NCBI GenBank assembly: GCA_051313645.2
Contig: JBNRSN020000018.1
Span: 122,450,001-122,514,000, forward strand
Length of the DNA: 64,000 bases
From: Centroscyllium fabricii
Lineage: Eukaryota
Direction: 5' to 3'
Shown: positions 10,728 to 20,962 of the stretch, piece after piece
Layout: each line of letters starts with the position of its first letter
Position numbering within the stretch: position 1 is the first letter of the stretch
Position numbers and translations under genes: made by a program
The notes under the pieces: model-generated
Database searches by the model: none
Told to the model about the DNA's origin: nothing
What the model saw: only the letters and a program-made list of their open reading frames with translations

Positions 10728-10951
10728 TGTGGCGGCACACCAAGACTGGCGAATCCGCCTCGGGAGTTCCCATCGGGTGACGTGATGACGTCACCACATC
10801 TCTCGGCGTGATGAGGTCACTAAGCGGGCCGTTTAAATAAGCCTGCTCCTCGTGTTTCAGTCTCTTCCTTCCTTGTACAGTAATGTAATAAACGAGTGTT
10901 TTTCTGTCTCTCTGGCTCCCGCGTGGTTCTTAGGTCCTGTAAGCGCTACAG

Positions 10952-10964
10952 TGGTGACCCCGAC
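10952..10964 (+). promoter_or_regulatory. Primer binding site complementary to tRNA-Trp
   Basis: TGGTGACCCCGAC starts 1 nt after the 5' LTR and matches the start of the canonical tRNA-Trp PBS TGGTGACCCCGACGTGAT. Confidence 0.88.
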
Positions 10965-11041
10965 TTGGAACGACTTCCAAGGAGAAAAAGCAGCTACAGG
11001 ATTAAAGAACAAGCAGCCTCAAGACACTTTAAAAGAAAAAC

Positions 11042-12057
11042 ATGTCTTCAAGGAACCAAGCTTCTCGAACACAAGGACTTGGCCAGAACTTTGTGCACAG
11101 ACTTACCCTACCGGAGTTCTGGGAGCAACGCCCAGCGGCCTGGTTTATGTGCATAGAAACCAGCTGCCGCACACACGGCATCCAGGGGGACGACCGCTAC
11201 GACCTGGTCTTTTCGACCCTACCGCAATCGACGATCGATCGGATGTGGTCGAAGCTACAGCGTGTGCCCGCAGCAGGCAGGTATGAGTTCCTCAAGGCCG
11301 CGCTTCTAAAATTTTTTACCCCCTCCCAATTCGAGCGCGACTGCCAGCTCCTTAACCTCCCCGAACTCGGGGACGCAGACCCATCGGACCTTTGGGGTCA
11401 AATGCAAGCGCTCACCGACGATCCCGCCTCCCTGTTCCGCACCATATTCCTCCTCAAACTACCCCGCTCCATCAGACCGGCCCTGGCGGCCCTCTGCCAC
11501 CGGAGTGGGGACGAGCTAGCCGAGGAAGCCGACAGGCTCATGACGGCCGAGCGCACCCGCTCCACCACGTGCGACCCTAATGCCGCAGCCATCGAGCACA
11601 ACCACTCGCCCCCCCAGGGCCAACCCAACGCCTGAACCCAGGGCTCCGCGCCCGCCCAGGCAACCGCGTCCAACAAGCACCGGCTGGTGCTACTACCACA
11701 TGCGGTTCAAAAATAAAGCGCACCGCTGCGTACAGCCCTGCACATTCAAGCCACGGCCCGGCCCAGCCCCCACTATGTCTGTAGGACACACTGGAGCACT
11801 GCTCTACGTCACAGACAGCGGCACAGGCCTCCGGTTCCTCTGCGACACAGGCGCACAGCACAGTATCGTGCCAGCCTCCCCAGCAGAAGCCAAACAAGGC
11901 ACCAGCGGCCAACGGCTCTGATATAAAGACGTACGGCATCCGCAAGCTCACTATCAAGCTCGCCGGCCACACGTATCACTGGGACTTTGTCACGGCCCAG
12001 GTCACTTCACCCCTCCTCGGGGCAGATTTCCTCTGCGCCCACGGCCTCCTGGTCGAC
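11042..12057 (+). pseudogene. gag (LPEFW..P..WF motif, CHCC knuckle) and aspartic protease, with two frameshifts
   Basis: gag ORF 11042-11635. CYYHMRFKNKAHRCVQPC and FLCDTGA lie in a second frame (11580-11921). AANGSDIKTYG...LLGADFL lies in a third frame continuous with pol. Confidence 0.88.
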
Positions 12058-14850
12058 ATGACCCGGCGCCGCCTGGTCGACATTCACAACATGTCGACCA
12101 TCCCATGCTCCACAGGGCCCGCACTCCTGGCCCACGCGGCGGCACAATGCCGCTCCCGGAACTCTGACGCATACGGCACGCTCCTCGCAGAGTTCCCCAC
12201 CCTTACCAACCCCACGTTCACCGCCCGCACAGCCAAACACGGGGTGGAACATTTTATCACCACCTCCGGCCCTCCCGTGCATGCCCACGCCCGCAGGCTG
12301 GACCCGGCCAAGCTGGAGATTGCGCGCACCGAGTTCCGCACCATGGAACAACTCGGCATAATCCGCCGCTCCAACAGCCCCTGGGCCTCTCCCCTCCACA
12401 TCGCCCCCAAGCCGGGTGGGGGTTGGCGCCCCTGCGGCGACTACCTCCGCCTTAACAACGCCACTACCCCGGATAGGTACCCCGTACCCCACATCAAGGA
12501 TTTCTCCGCCAGACTAGCACGCTGCACGATCTTCTCTAAGATCGACCTGGTGCGTGGCTACCACCAGGTTCCGGTGCACCCGGCGGATATCCCCAAAACA
12601 GCCGTCATTACCCCCTTCGGCCTCTTCGAGTTCCTTAGGATGCCCTTCGGACTTAAAAACGCAGCCCAGGCCTTTCAGCGCCTAATGGACTCGGTCCTAC
12701 GGGACTTGAAGTTCATTTTCGTCTACTTGGACGACATCCTCGTGGCCAGCACCTCCCCCCAGGAGCACCTCCTGCACCTCAAGACCCTGTTCCAGCGCCT
12801 GACCGACCACGGCCTCATATTAAGCACCTCAAAATGCAAATTCGGCCTCGAGACCATAGATTTCCTCGGCCACCGCATTTCCAAAACCGGGGCCATAACC
12901 CTGCCCTCCAAGGTGCAGGCAGTTCAGGAATTCCCCCGCCCGCACTCCATTAAGGGGCTGCAGGAATTCCTCGGGATGGTTAATTTTTATAACCGCTTCA
13001 TCCCAGGAGCAGCCGCTCTCATGGCCCCACTATACCAGGCCACACGCGGGCAGTCCGGCAAAACTGCGGTCGAGTGGACGGCCGACGCCGCCACCGCCTT
13101 CACCGCAACCAAAACCGCCCTGGCCAACGCCACCCTCCTAGCCCACCCCAGGCCCAATGCCAGAGTGGCCCTCACCACTGACGCCTCCGACCACGCTGTT
13201 GGGGCCGTTTTTGAACAGTGGACCGGCAACTCTTGGCAGCCCCTGGCCTTTTTCAGCCGGCAACTTCGGCCCCCAGAGGTTAAGTACAGCGCCTTCGACA
13301 GGGAGCTCCTCGCTCTCTACCTCGCAGTGTGCCATTTTCGCTTCCTCTTGGAGTGCCGTCCCTTCACAGCTTTCGTCGATCACAAGCCGCTCATCTTCGC
13401 AATGGCTAAGATCGACGAACCCTGGTCGGCCAGGCAGCAGCGCCAACTCGCAACCGTGTCGGAGTTCACTACCGACATCCAGCATATCTCCGGCCGCGAC
13501 AACGTGGTTGCTGACTGCCTGTCACGTCCCGCAATTAACGCCGCCCAAATGGCGGTCGATTATACCAAGCTGGCAGCAGAGCAGCTGGCCGACCCAGACC
13601 TGCTCGACCCAGCAGAAAACCTCCCTGGCCTACGCTTGGCCAAAATCGCACATGGCCCCGCGGCCACCGTAGTCTGCTGCGACGTTTCCCTACCGCAGCC
13701 CAGACCCGTCGTCCCCCACGCATGGAGGCGACACATTTTCGAGACCCTCCATGGCCTGTCCCACCCCGGCACCCGCGCTTCCATTAAACTAATTTCGGCC
13801 CATTTTGTGTGGCGCGGCCTGCGCAAAGACGTCCGCGCCTGGACCAACTCCTGCATTGCCTGCCAGCGCGCCAAGGTGCACAAGCACATCAAGGCACCGC
13901 TGGAAACTTTCACCGTGCCGGCCAGACGCTTCGACCACGTCCATGTCGATCTCGTCGGGCCACTACCGCCATCCCGGGGCCACACACACGTCATGACCAT
14001 GGTCGACCGCAACACTCGCTGGCCAGAAGCAGTCCCCCTCGTTGCTACTAGCACCACGGACTTGGCCAGGGCGTTCATCGCCACCTGGGTCGCCCGTTTC
14101 GGCGTGCCCACCGACATCACGTCGGACAGAGGACCCCAGTTTACGTCAGCACTATGGGCGGCCATCGCCCGCGACCTCGGGGTAACCCTACATCGAACCA
14201 CCGCATACCACCCACAATCTAACGGGCTCTGCGAACGGTTCCACCGCTCCATGAAAGCATCCCTGCGGGCCAGCCTCAAAGACGCGTCCTGGACTGACCG
14301 TCTCCCGTGGGTACTGCTCGGGCTGCGCTCGGCAGTCAAAGAAGACCTACACGCCTCGGCAGCAGAACTCGTCTACAGCCAAACTTTAACAGTGCCAGGC
14401 GAGTTTCTCGCCGAGCCAAACGCTCCCTGGTCGGCCGACCAGTTCCTAAAGGACTTCGCCAACCCGGCACGAGCGTTCAAACCCGTACCGGTGGCCCGGC
14501 ATGGAGAGCCGGCAGCACGTGTACCGGACGGCATCAAAAACGCCAAGTACGTGTTCGTCCGGCACGATGCCAATCGCTCGCCACTACAACCAACTTACGA
14601 CGGTCCCTACAGAGTGCTTCGGGCGGGAACTAAAGCTTTTCAATTACAGCTGGGCAACAGGACAGAAACTGTCTCTATAGACCGGCTAAAACCGGCACAC
14701 GTGATAGCGGGTGACGCAACAGTCCCCGCCCAACCACCTCAGCGCGGACGCCCTCCCGCACCAACACCCGCCCACACTCCACCGCAGAACAAGGAGCAAT
14801 GCACGACACGTGCCGGCCGCATCTTACGGCCACCACAACGCCTCACATAA
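12058..14850 (+). CDS. Intact RT-RNase H-integrase reading frame (930 aa)
   Basis: SPWASPLH, RPCGDY, YLDD, TDAS, HHCC, DDE and YDGPY motifs, with no internal stops. Confidence 0.93.
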   Translation: MTRRRLVDIHNMSTIPCSTGPALLAHAAAQCRSRNSDAYGTLLAEFPTLTNPTFTARTAKHGVEHFITTSGPPVHAHARRLDPAKLEIARTEFRTMEQLGIIRRSNSPWASPLHIAPKPGGGWRPCGDYLRLNNATTPDRYPVPHIKDFSARLARCTIFSKIDLVRGYHQVPVHPADIPKTAVITPFGLFEFLRMPFGLKNAAQAFQRLMDSVLRDLKFIFVYLDDILVASTSPQEHLLHLKTLFQRLTDHGLILSTSKCKFGLETIDFLGHRISKTGAITLPSKVQAVQEFPRPHSIKGLQEFLGMVNFYNRFIPGAAALMAPLYQATRGQSGKTAVEWTADAATAFTATKTALANATLLAHPRPNARVALTTDASDHAVGAVFEQWTGNSWQPLAFFSRQLRPPEVKYSAFDRELLALYLAVCHFRFLLECRPFTAFVDHKPLIFAMAKIDEPWSARQQRQLATVSEFTTDIQHISGRDNVVADCLSRPAINAAQMAVDYTKLAAEQLADPDLLDPAENLPGLRLAKIAHGPAATVVCCDVSLPQPRPVVPHAWRRHIFETLHGLSHPGTRASIKLISAHFVWRGLRKDVRAWTNSCIACQRAKVHKHIKAPLETFTVPARRFDHVHVDLVGPLPPSRGHTHVMTMVDRNTRWPEAVPLVATSTTDLARAFIATWVARFGVPTDITSDRGPQFTSALWAAIARDLGVTLHRTTAYHPQSNGLCERFHRSMKASLRASLKDASWTDRLPWVLLGLRSAVKEDLHASAAELVYSQTLTVPGEFLAEPNAPWSADQFLKDFANPARAFKPVPVARHGEPAARVPDGIKNAKYVFVRHDANRSPLQPTYDGPYRVLRAGTKAFQLQLGNRTETVSIDRLKPAHVIAGDATVPAQPPQRGRPPAPTPAHTPPQNKEQCTTRAGRILRPPQRLT

Positions 14851-15610
14851 ACTCTTTTATCCTCTCGGACGGATTCTGGGGGGGGAGCTGTGTGGCGGCA
14901 CACCAAGACTGACGAATCCGCCTCGGGAGTTGCGGGGCATAGCCCCGCCCATCGGGTGACGTGATGACATCACCACATCTCTCGGCGTGATGAGGTCACT
15001 AAGCGGGCCGTTTAAATAAGCCTGGTCCTCATGTTTCAGTCTCTTCCTTCCTTGTACAGTAATGTAATAAACGAGTGTTTTTCTGTCTCTCTGGCTCCCG
15101 CGTGGTTCTTAGGTCCTGTAAGCGCTACAAGGCCGTGTTCAGTCAGGCGCTGGAACAGGGTCCTGAGATGCAGGAGGTGTTCCTGGGGGGAGGTGCTGGC
15201 CACGAGGATGTCGTCTAAGTAGACGAAAATGAACTGCAAGTCCCGCAGGACTGAGTCCATTAGGCGCTGAAAGGCCTGGGCCGCGTTTTTGAGTCCGAAG
15301 GGCATCCTGAGGAACTCGAACAGGCCGAAGGGGGTAATTACGGCTGTCTTAGGGACATCCGCCGGGTGCACCGGGACCTGGTGGTAGCCACGCACCAGGT
15401 CGATCTTGGAGAAGATCGTGCAGCCCGCTAGCCTGGCGGAGAAATCCTGGATGTGGGGTACGGGGTACCTATCCGGGGTGGTGGCGTTGTTGAGGCGGCG
15501 GTAGTCGCCGCAGGGGCGCCAACCCCGGCGTACCGCCACAACTTTATTTTTTGCCAGCCATGTATCTGTTATTTGAGGACAGCTGAGTAAAGTTTCAATG
15601 CATGGCGCAC

Positions 15611-15771
15611 CTTGGTGCATTAATGATGAGGATATCTCCTTGCTTGCCAACCTCCAGGGAGCCATGAGACTGAGATTTTCCAAGGGCATAGGCAGCGTTG
15701 ATGGTGGCAGCTGCCAGACTCTCAGCCATCGTCATCTTCATGTTTACACACGCCATGTGCATGATCATTGG
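15611..15771 (-). CDS. AMDHD1: AMDHD1 penultimate coding exon (161 bp)
   Basis: AG acceptor at 15772-15773 and GT donor at 15609-15610. Translates [53 protein letters not shown](R). Confidence 0.96.
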
Positions 15772-16007
15772 CTACAGGGGAAAGATCAGTTCAACGTGAT
15801 GTTAGAGGTTTGTGGAGACCAGAAAAGCAAAGTTATCAAGTAAATATCCATACAGTACACAGCCCTCACCCAATAACTGCTCATCTTTTGTACAGTTGTA
15901 AATTCCCTTCAGTTGTCTGAATGTGGACAACACAACAATTCTAACGCACAGCCCAGTCTGTGCACGTCTGACACAGAATTTGAATGTTGGAGAAAGTGCA
16001 TTTTTCA

Positions 16008-16225
16008 CTACAACAACTTGCTTTTATATAGCGCCTTTAACGTACTAAAACGTCCTAAGGTGTTTCACAGGAGTAATCAAAAAAATGGATGTCGAGTGAA
16101 AGGACATCCATTGGTAGGAGGGACTACCAAAAGCTTGGTTGAAGAGGTGGATTTTAAGGAGGGTCTTAAAGGAGACGGAGAGGCTGAGAGGTTTAGAATG
16201 GGAGTTCCAGAGCTTGGGGCCTAGA
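16008..16225 (-). mobile_element. L2-type LINE 3' end
   Basis: caacaacttgcttttatatagcgcctttaacg...cctaaggtgtttcacagg is the reverse complement of an L2-like tail ending in (GTT)n. Confidence 0.65.
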
Positions 16226-16821
16226 TGGTTGAAGATGAATAAATTGCATTAGTGGGTTTCAGCGCGCTTTGTCTCATTTACCAGGCATTGCATTATTCTG
16301 CCAAGGAGTAGATGCCAAGGAAAGGTTGAAGGAGCCATCTGGCCTCTCTTCAGGCTACTTAAATACCCCAAAATCAATGTCCCCGCTTTTAAAGGGGGGA
16401 GGGCATGGTGTGCACGAGCCCCAAAGCGGGCAGTGGTCCCAGAGAGTGCGGGGATGTGGAGGCCAGATCCACTACCTGACCGGCGGGCGAGAGAGGGAAT
16501 TTGGGCATCAGGAGGCCACAGCTGGGAACTGGTGGGAATGATCATTTAGAAATTCACACCATAGCATCTGAAAAAATAGGCTGTGGCGTACAAATTTGAT
16601 AAAGTATTTAGAGGAAGTCACTAGGGTAGTTGATGAGGAAAATCTGGTAGATGATGTCTATCTGGAATTTCATAAGGTTCCTCACACTGGCATACTTCAC
16701 AAGTTGGAATCTTGTGGTATCAGTAGAAATCTGAAATGCTGGATTAGGAATTGGCTCCAAACTCACAGCCAAAAAGTTATAGTTAACGGATGTGGTTCAA
16801 CGTCGAGACCCGTTACTCATG

Positions 16822-17520
16822 GCTCTAGAAATTGGTCTCCTTAGCACCCCCCATTATCGCCTCTGTGGGGTGATAACGGGGTGCGAAGCATGTACCGACC
16901 GGGCGCGGTGAGAAGATTGATTCCCGCTATATTTGGCGGGAGGTCTGCGGCGGTATGGCATTGCGCCCTGATCTACTTCGCCCGGAGATCATGGCGTTAT
17001 TGCGCTGTGCATCGCCCCCATAGAGTCCTGGAACCAAACATCGGTTCCGCCCCCTGCAGCATCGCCGGGTGGAGGAGGCGTTCTCAGGGAGGCCGGGCGC
17101 TTCGGGGGGGCGATACCTAAAGGCCAGGTGGCCGAGGTAAGTAAAAAAGTTCTGAAATGCTCTTTCTCTTTTTTTCCCTTTGTCTTTGCCAGCGCTCAAT
17201 CAGCCCAGCACTCTGCTGCAGTGCATCGGGCTAATCGGGCCAGATCGCGGCTGCTGTCGGAGACCAGGCGAGTTTTTTCCTTGCAGAGCCTGCAGCGATG
17301 GCCCTTCCCTTTAAGGGAGCACTGCACGGCCCATTGTGCATGGCTGCTGACCTACCGCACCGCCTGCTGCCTGTTGCACTCCAGGAAGGAAGTGAAGTTT
17401 GATTTGTCGCTTCACTTCCAGCCTGGAACGTAAACACCAAATTGTTTTTAAAGTTGATAAACATTAGCGCCTGCCACTGATTTTTTCAACTATTAAAACT
17501 TATCGCCCCAATTTCTCCCC
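16822..17520. mobile_element. Harbinger-like MITE with 3-bp target duplication (ATG)
   Basis: Imperfect terminal repeats GCTCTAGAAATTGG and CCAATTTCTCCCC; ATG at 16819-16821 and 17521-17523. Removing it restores the CR1 VTHGVPQGS codons. Confidence 0.75.
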
Positions 17521-17988
17521 ATGGTGTCCCCCAGGGATCGGACCTGGGCCCGCTAATCTTCACTCACTTTATTAATGACCTGGTCAGTGGTGTTGGGAGA
17601 ATGGTAAAATCTGTGCAAAGGTTAAGGCAGTAGAGGAGTGAAATCAAATCCCAAACGATTTAGATGCACTAGAGGAGTGGGCCACACATTGGCAAATGCC
17701 ATTTAATTTTGGTAAAATGTAGTGTCATGCATGTTGGTATGGCCAACACAGGATACATGCATCATTTGCAGGGAACAATACTGAAGAGAAAAAGAGCTTG
17801 GCGTTGTTGTGCACAGATCACTGAAGGTTCATGACCAATGCAGAGAAACTGTAGCTAAAGCTAACAGGGTGTTGGGTTGTATTAATATAACCAATCAGTA
17901 TAAATCAAAGGACAGCATTTCGGCACTATAAGTGTCGCTGGTCAGACTACATCTGGAGTATTGTGCCCAGTTTTGGTCCCCCCACATG

Positions 17989-18786
17989 GGGGGGGGAGAT
18001 TTAACCGGAAGTGCGGGAACCTGGCGGGGATTGGTCGGGGCGGGTTCCTGTCCCGCCAGCCCAAAGACCTGGGAACCCCACGCAAATTTCATTTAATTGA
18101 GTAATTAAATCCCTGCGTGCAGCAGCCGGTGGTAATTGACTCAATCGAGTCGGGGCTCCAGCGGGGATCGAGCAGCTTGATTGACAGTTCCAGCACTGGT
18201 TGTTGACAGTTCCCATGGAAACACTCCACTGTGACATCGCAGTTGAGTGGAACCAATGGGAAAGGTCAAGTGCTGGTGACTGACAGGTGGGCGGGCGGGC
18301 TCCAAATCCTTGACAGCTCGGCACCGGCTGTGAGGAAATGTGCAAAGCTGAGATTTCTCAGTTTTTGCCCACAGCTGGTGCACCCACCACAGAGTGACTT
18401 ACTCTTCTAAGGTGCTGAAGGCGAGTGAAGCATTTTGCAGCATGTCCTTCAACACCTTGAAGGAGAAAGTAATGAACAGCGCTGTGCTCCCGCTGGCTTT
18501 TCACCAGTGGGGTTTTAGGCTGGTGGGGTTAGGCTGGGAATGGGATAAAAATTCGGATGGGCCCTTAAAATGGCATTACACATGCCAATTAAGGGCCCTT
18601 AATGAGGTGACAACCCATCCCCGCCAGCCGCCGGCAGGAAGGTTTTGGGGCAGGGAATCAGGGCGGGGGAAAATATCAATGCAGTGGGGATCCGGCGGGG
18701 GGGGGGGGTCGCGACCTGCTGGTTCCACTATTTTGCCGGCCGACCTGCCGAAAACCCCACCTCACGGGGACATGAAAATCCCTCCC
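17989..18786. mobile_element. Harbinger-like MITE with 3-bp target duplication (ATG)
   Basis: Termini GGGGGAGATTT and AAAATCCCTCCC; ATG at 17986-17988 and 18787-18789. Removing it restores CR1 FWSPHMV. Confidence 0.75.
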
Positions 18787-19693
18787 ATGGTGTGCAATAT
18801 AATAGCCTTGAAAAAGGTTCAGAGTAAAGCTACGAGAATGATTCCTATCTTAAAAAATCTCAGCTACTCAGATAGGCTCAAGGATCTTGGTCTATCTGGA
18901 GCAGCATAGACTTAGAGGCGACCTGATGGAGGTCTATAAAATAATTGAAGGGCTGGATAGCATGCCTATTGGTAGATTATCCCAGGTTAGCAGATTGGGG
19001 AGGACCAGGGGACACAGATTTAAACTGTGTAAGAGTAGGAATAGACTGGATGTTGGGTGGTTCTTTTCCCAGCGAGCAGTGAGCCTCTAGAATGCGTCGC
19101 CGGCTGCTGCACTGGGTGCTGACTCTCTGCCTTCAAGAGGGAGCTGGACCAGTTCCTGACTGGGGCAGAGATCGCATCATAGAGAAGGGAAGTGTCTTTC
19201 TAGATAACATGTGATCTCCTGGACTGATTTCGATCACCAGAGGGGGTTGGAGAGGAATTTTCCAGTGTATTTTTTCCCTTATTGGCCCTGGGTTTTTTCT
19301 GGGTTTTTTCTTCTCCCAGGAGAGGACTTGGGTGCCGGGGGTGGAAAGGGAGTTGGGGTGGTGGGGGGAGTGGAGGCGTGGGGGAAGTGGGGGCGGGGGA
19401 ATGAGGGAAGAAGTAGTTTTTCATGATGCTCCGGCCATCATGGTATGGTGTAGGCTTGAGGGGCCAGCTTGTCTTTTCATGCCCGTCAATTCATGGTCGG
19501 GTCAATGATGGAAGAAAGGTTTTCTGTGCTTTTTAATCTCAGCTTCTGGTGGCTTAACCAAGGAGTGACTCTAATGATTGTTGGATAACCCACCTTCCGT
19601 CCCACTCCGGCACACATTGAAATGACATGGACTGAATTAGGCCAGAGAGATACTTTGCCAAATCTCCAAACTAACATCGGTTGCTGTACTTTG

Positions 19694-19742
19694 TTGACTT
19701 CACCTGACGAAGGAGCAGCGCTCTGAAAGCTTGTGATTTCAA
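19694..19742 (+). ncRNA. Minimal type I hammerhead ribozyme motif in a Penelope-like element terminus (element about 19690-19790)
   Basis: Stem I TCAC/GTGA, core CTGACGA (19704-19710), stem II GGAGC-agc-GCTCT, GAAA (19725-19728) and palindromic AAGCTT stem III. AATAAA follows. Confidence 0.65.
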
Positions 19743-20062
19743 ATAAAACTGTTGGACTATAACCTGGTGTTGTGTGACTTCTTACTTTGTTGAAGGAGGT
19801 GGATGTTCTGTATGTTGAGAGCCGTCCTCTGTACATTTTATTTTTGTCGTGCCGGATATAACTGAAGCTTTCTCAATGAAAACATAACCTTTATTCAGTC
19901 ATTTAAATGTAGAAACTGACACAAAATTAAACTTTTCCAGGGACAGAACTGTAGTCTGTGGCCATATGGCCTACTCCTGCTCCTATTTCATATGTTCATA
20001 TAGTCTACCAGCTGTATTGCTAAAACTGAATTAACTGTAGATCCTTTGTCAAAACATTTGTT

Positions 20063-20420
20063 AGCCGTAGCTCAGTGGTAGCACTCGCGCCTCTGAGTCA
20101 GAAGGTCGTGGGTCCCACTCTAGAGACTGACGCTCCCAGTGCAGTACAGAGTGCTGCACTGTCGGTGGTGCCGTCTTTTGGATGAGACCTCAAACCAAGG
20201 CTCTGTCTGCCCTCTTTTGAGAACGTAAAAGATCCCATGGAGTCCTGGCTAATACTTACCCCGCAGCCAAGATCACTAAAACAGATGATGTGGTGGATCT
20301 TGCTGTGCACAATTTGGCTGTCACGTTTCCTACATTATAACAGTGACTATACTTCAAAAGTACTTCAGTGCTTTCGGATGCCCTGAGGTGGTGAAAAGCA
20401 CCTTATAAAAGCAAGTTCTT
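20063..20420 (+). mobile_element. tRNA-derived DeuSINE (SacSINE1-like)
   Basis: tRNA head GTAGCTCAGTGGTAGCAC; Deu-domain-like GGATGAGAC..AAACCAAGGCTCTGTCTGCCCTCT...ACGTAAAAGATCCCATGG; L2-like tail. Confidence 0.8.
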
Positions 20421-20542
20421 CCTTTTCAAAGGGTCCACATCCAAAACGTGAACTCATCTGTTCTCACCATTAAATACATCATTCCATTTACCAAACAATT
20501 ACAAAAACACTGAATCAAACTAGAAAGAATGTGTTTACTTAC

Positions 20543-20636
20543 CATAGAGAAGCAATACGCATTAGGGTTAAAGTCACTGCCGAGAGCAACAATCACTCCA
20601 TTGTCAAGCATAGCTGGAGCGCGTGGGGTTTTAAGC
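20543..20636 (-). CDS. AMDHD1: AMDHD1 third-from-last coding exon (94 bp), containing the SDFNP metal-binding motif
   Basis: AG acceptor at 20637-20638 and GTAAGT donor from 20542. Translates (R)LKTPRAPAMLDNGVIVALGSDFNPNAYCFSM, in phase with the next exon. Confidence 0.96.
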
Positions 20637-20729
20637 CTGTAAATGTTTCAGAAATGCAACTATCATTATGATTTCATACTATATAAATTTTAAATCATTT
20701 ACCAGTAATACTCTAATATACTCTCCAGT

Positions 20730-20960
20730 TTCCCCCAACTCTGACCTCCTCCATCCCCCTCCCTTCGCTCCACCATTGATGGCCGTGTATTCAGCCGTCT
20801 AGGCCCTAAGCTCTGGAATTCCCTCTCTAAACCTCTCCACGACCCACTCCGCTTTCAAGGTCCTCCTTAAATCTACCTCTGAACATATGTTTGGTCTCCC
20901 CTCCTAATATCTCCTTCTTTGGTTCAGCGTTTCTCTGATTAAACATCTGTTAAAGACGTT
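20730..20960 (+). mobile_element. L2 LINE 3' fragment
   Basis: ggccgtgtattcagccgtctaggccctaagctctggaattccctc (GR.FS..GP.LWNSL) is the L2 ORF2 end. Confidence 0.65.
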
Positions 20961-20962
20961 AT

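Larger units (their letters stand above)
10728..15129 (+). mobile_element. Inner full-length Ty3/Gypsy (CsRn1-clade-like) LTR retrotransposon
   Basis: LTRs at 10728-10950 and 14891-15129 (TG...CA); target duplication AGGC at 10724-10727 and 15130-15133. It has a PBS, gag-PR-RT-RH-IN and a G-rich PPT at about 14879-14887. Confidence 0.97.
8413..15540 (-). mobile_element. Outer Ty3/Gypsy (CsRn1-clade-like) element, internally deleted at its 5' end and split by a nested copy
   Basis: Target duplication ACTT at 8409-8412 and 15541-15544. The 3' LTR is 8413-8651 with the PPT adjacent; only 14 bp of the 5' LTR remain (15527-15540). RT lies at 15130-15526 and RT/RNase H/integrase at 8701-10727. Confidence 0.93.
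16590..19495 (+). mobile_element. Old degenerate CR1 LINE (RT and 3' UTR), split by two MITE insertions
   Basis: VDDVYLEFHKVPH...WIRNWL...VT|HGVPQGS...FWSPH|MV...RLRGDLMEVYKI...RTRGHRFKL. The coding sequence rejoins across 16822-17520 and 17989-18786. Confidence 0.85.

Noticed and set aside
15036-15689. 217-aa RT ORF as an AMDHD1-RT fusion
   Set aside because: It is a chance chimaera of an out-of-frame exon, intron, LTR stub, RT and the antisense inner LTR.
19330-19410. G-quadruplex-forming tract
   Set aside because: It is a low-complexity G run in the 3' UTR of a dead CR1, with no evidence of function.
20426-20611. 61-aa ORF as a standalone gene
   Set aside because: It is an AMDHD1 exon read through its splice donor into the intron.
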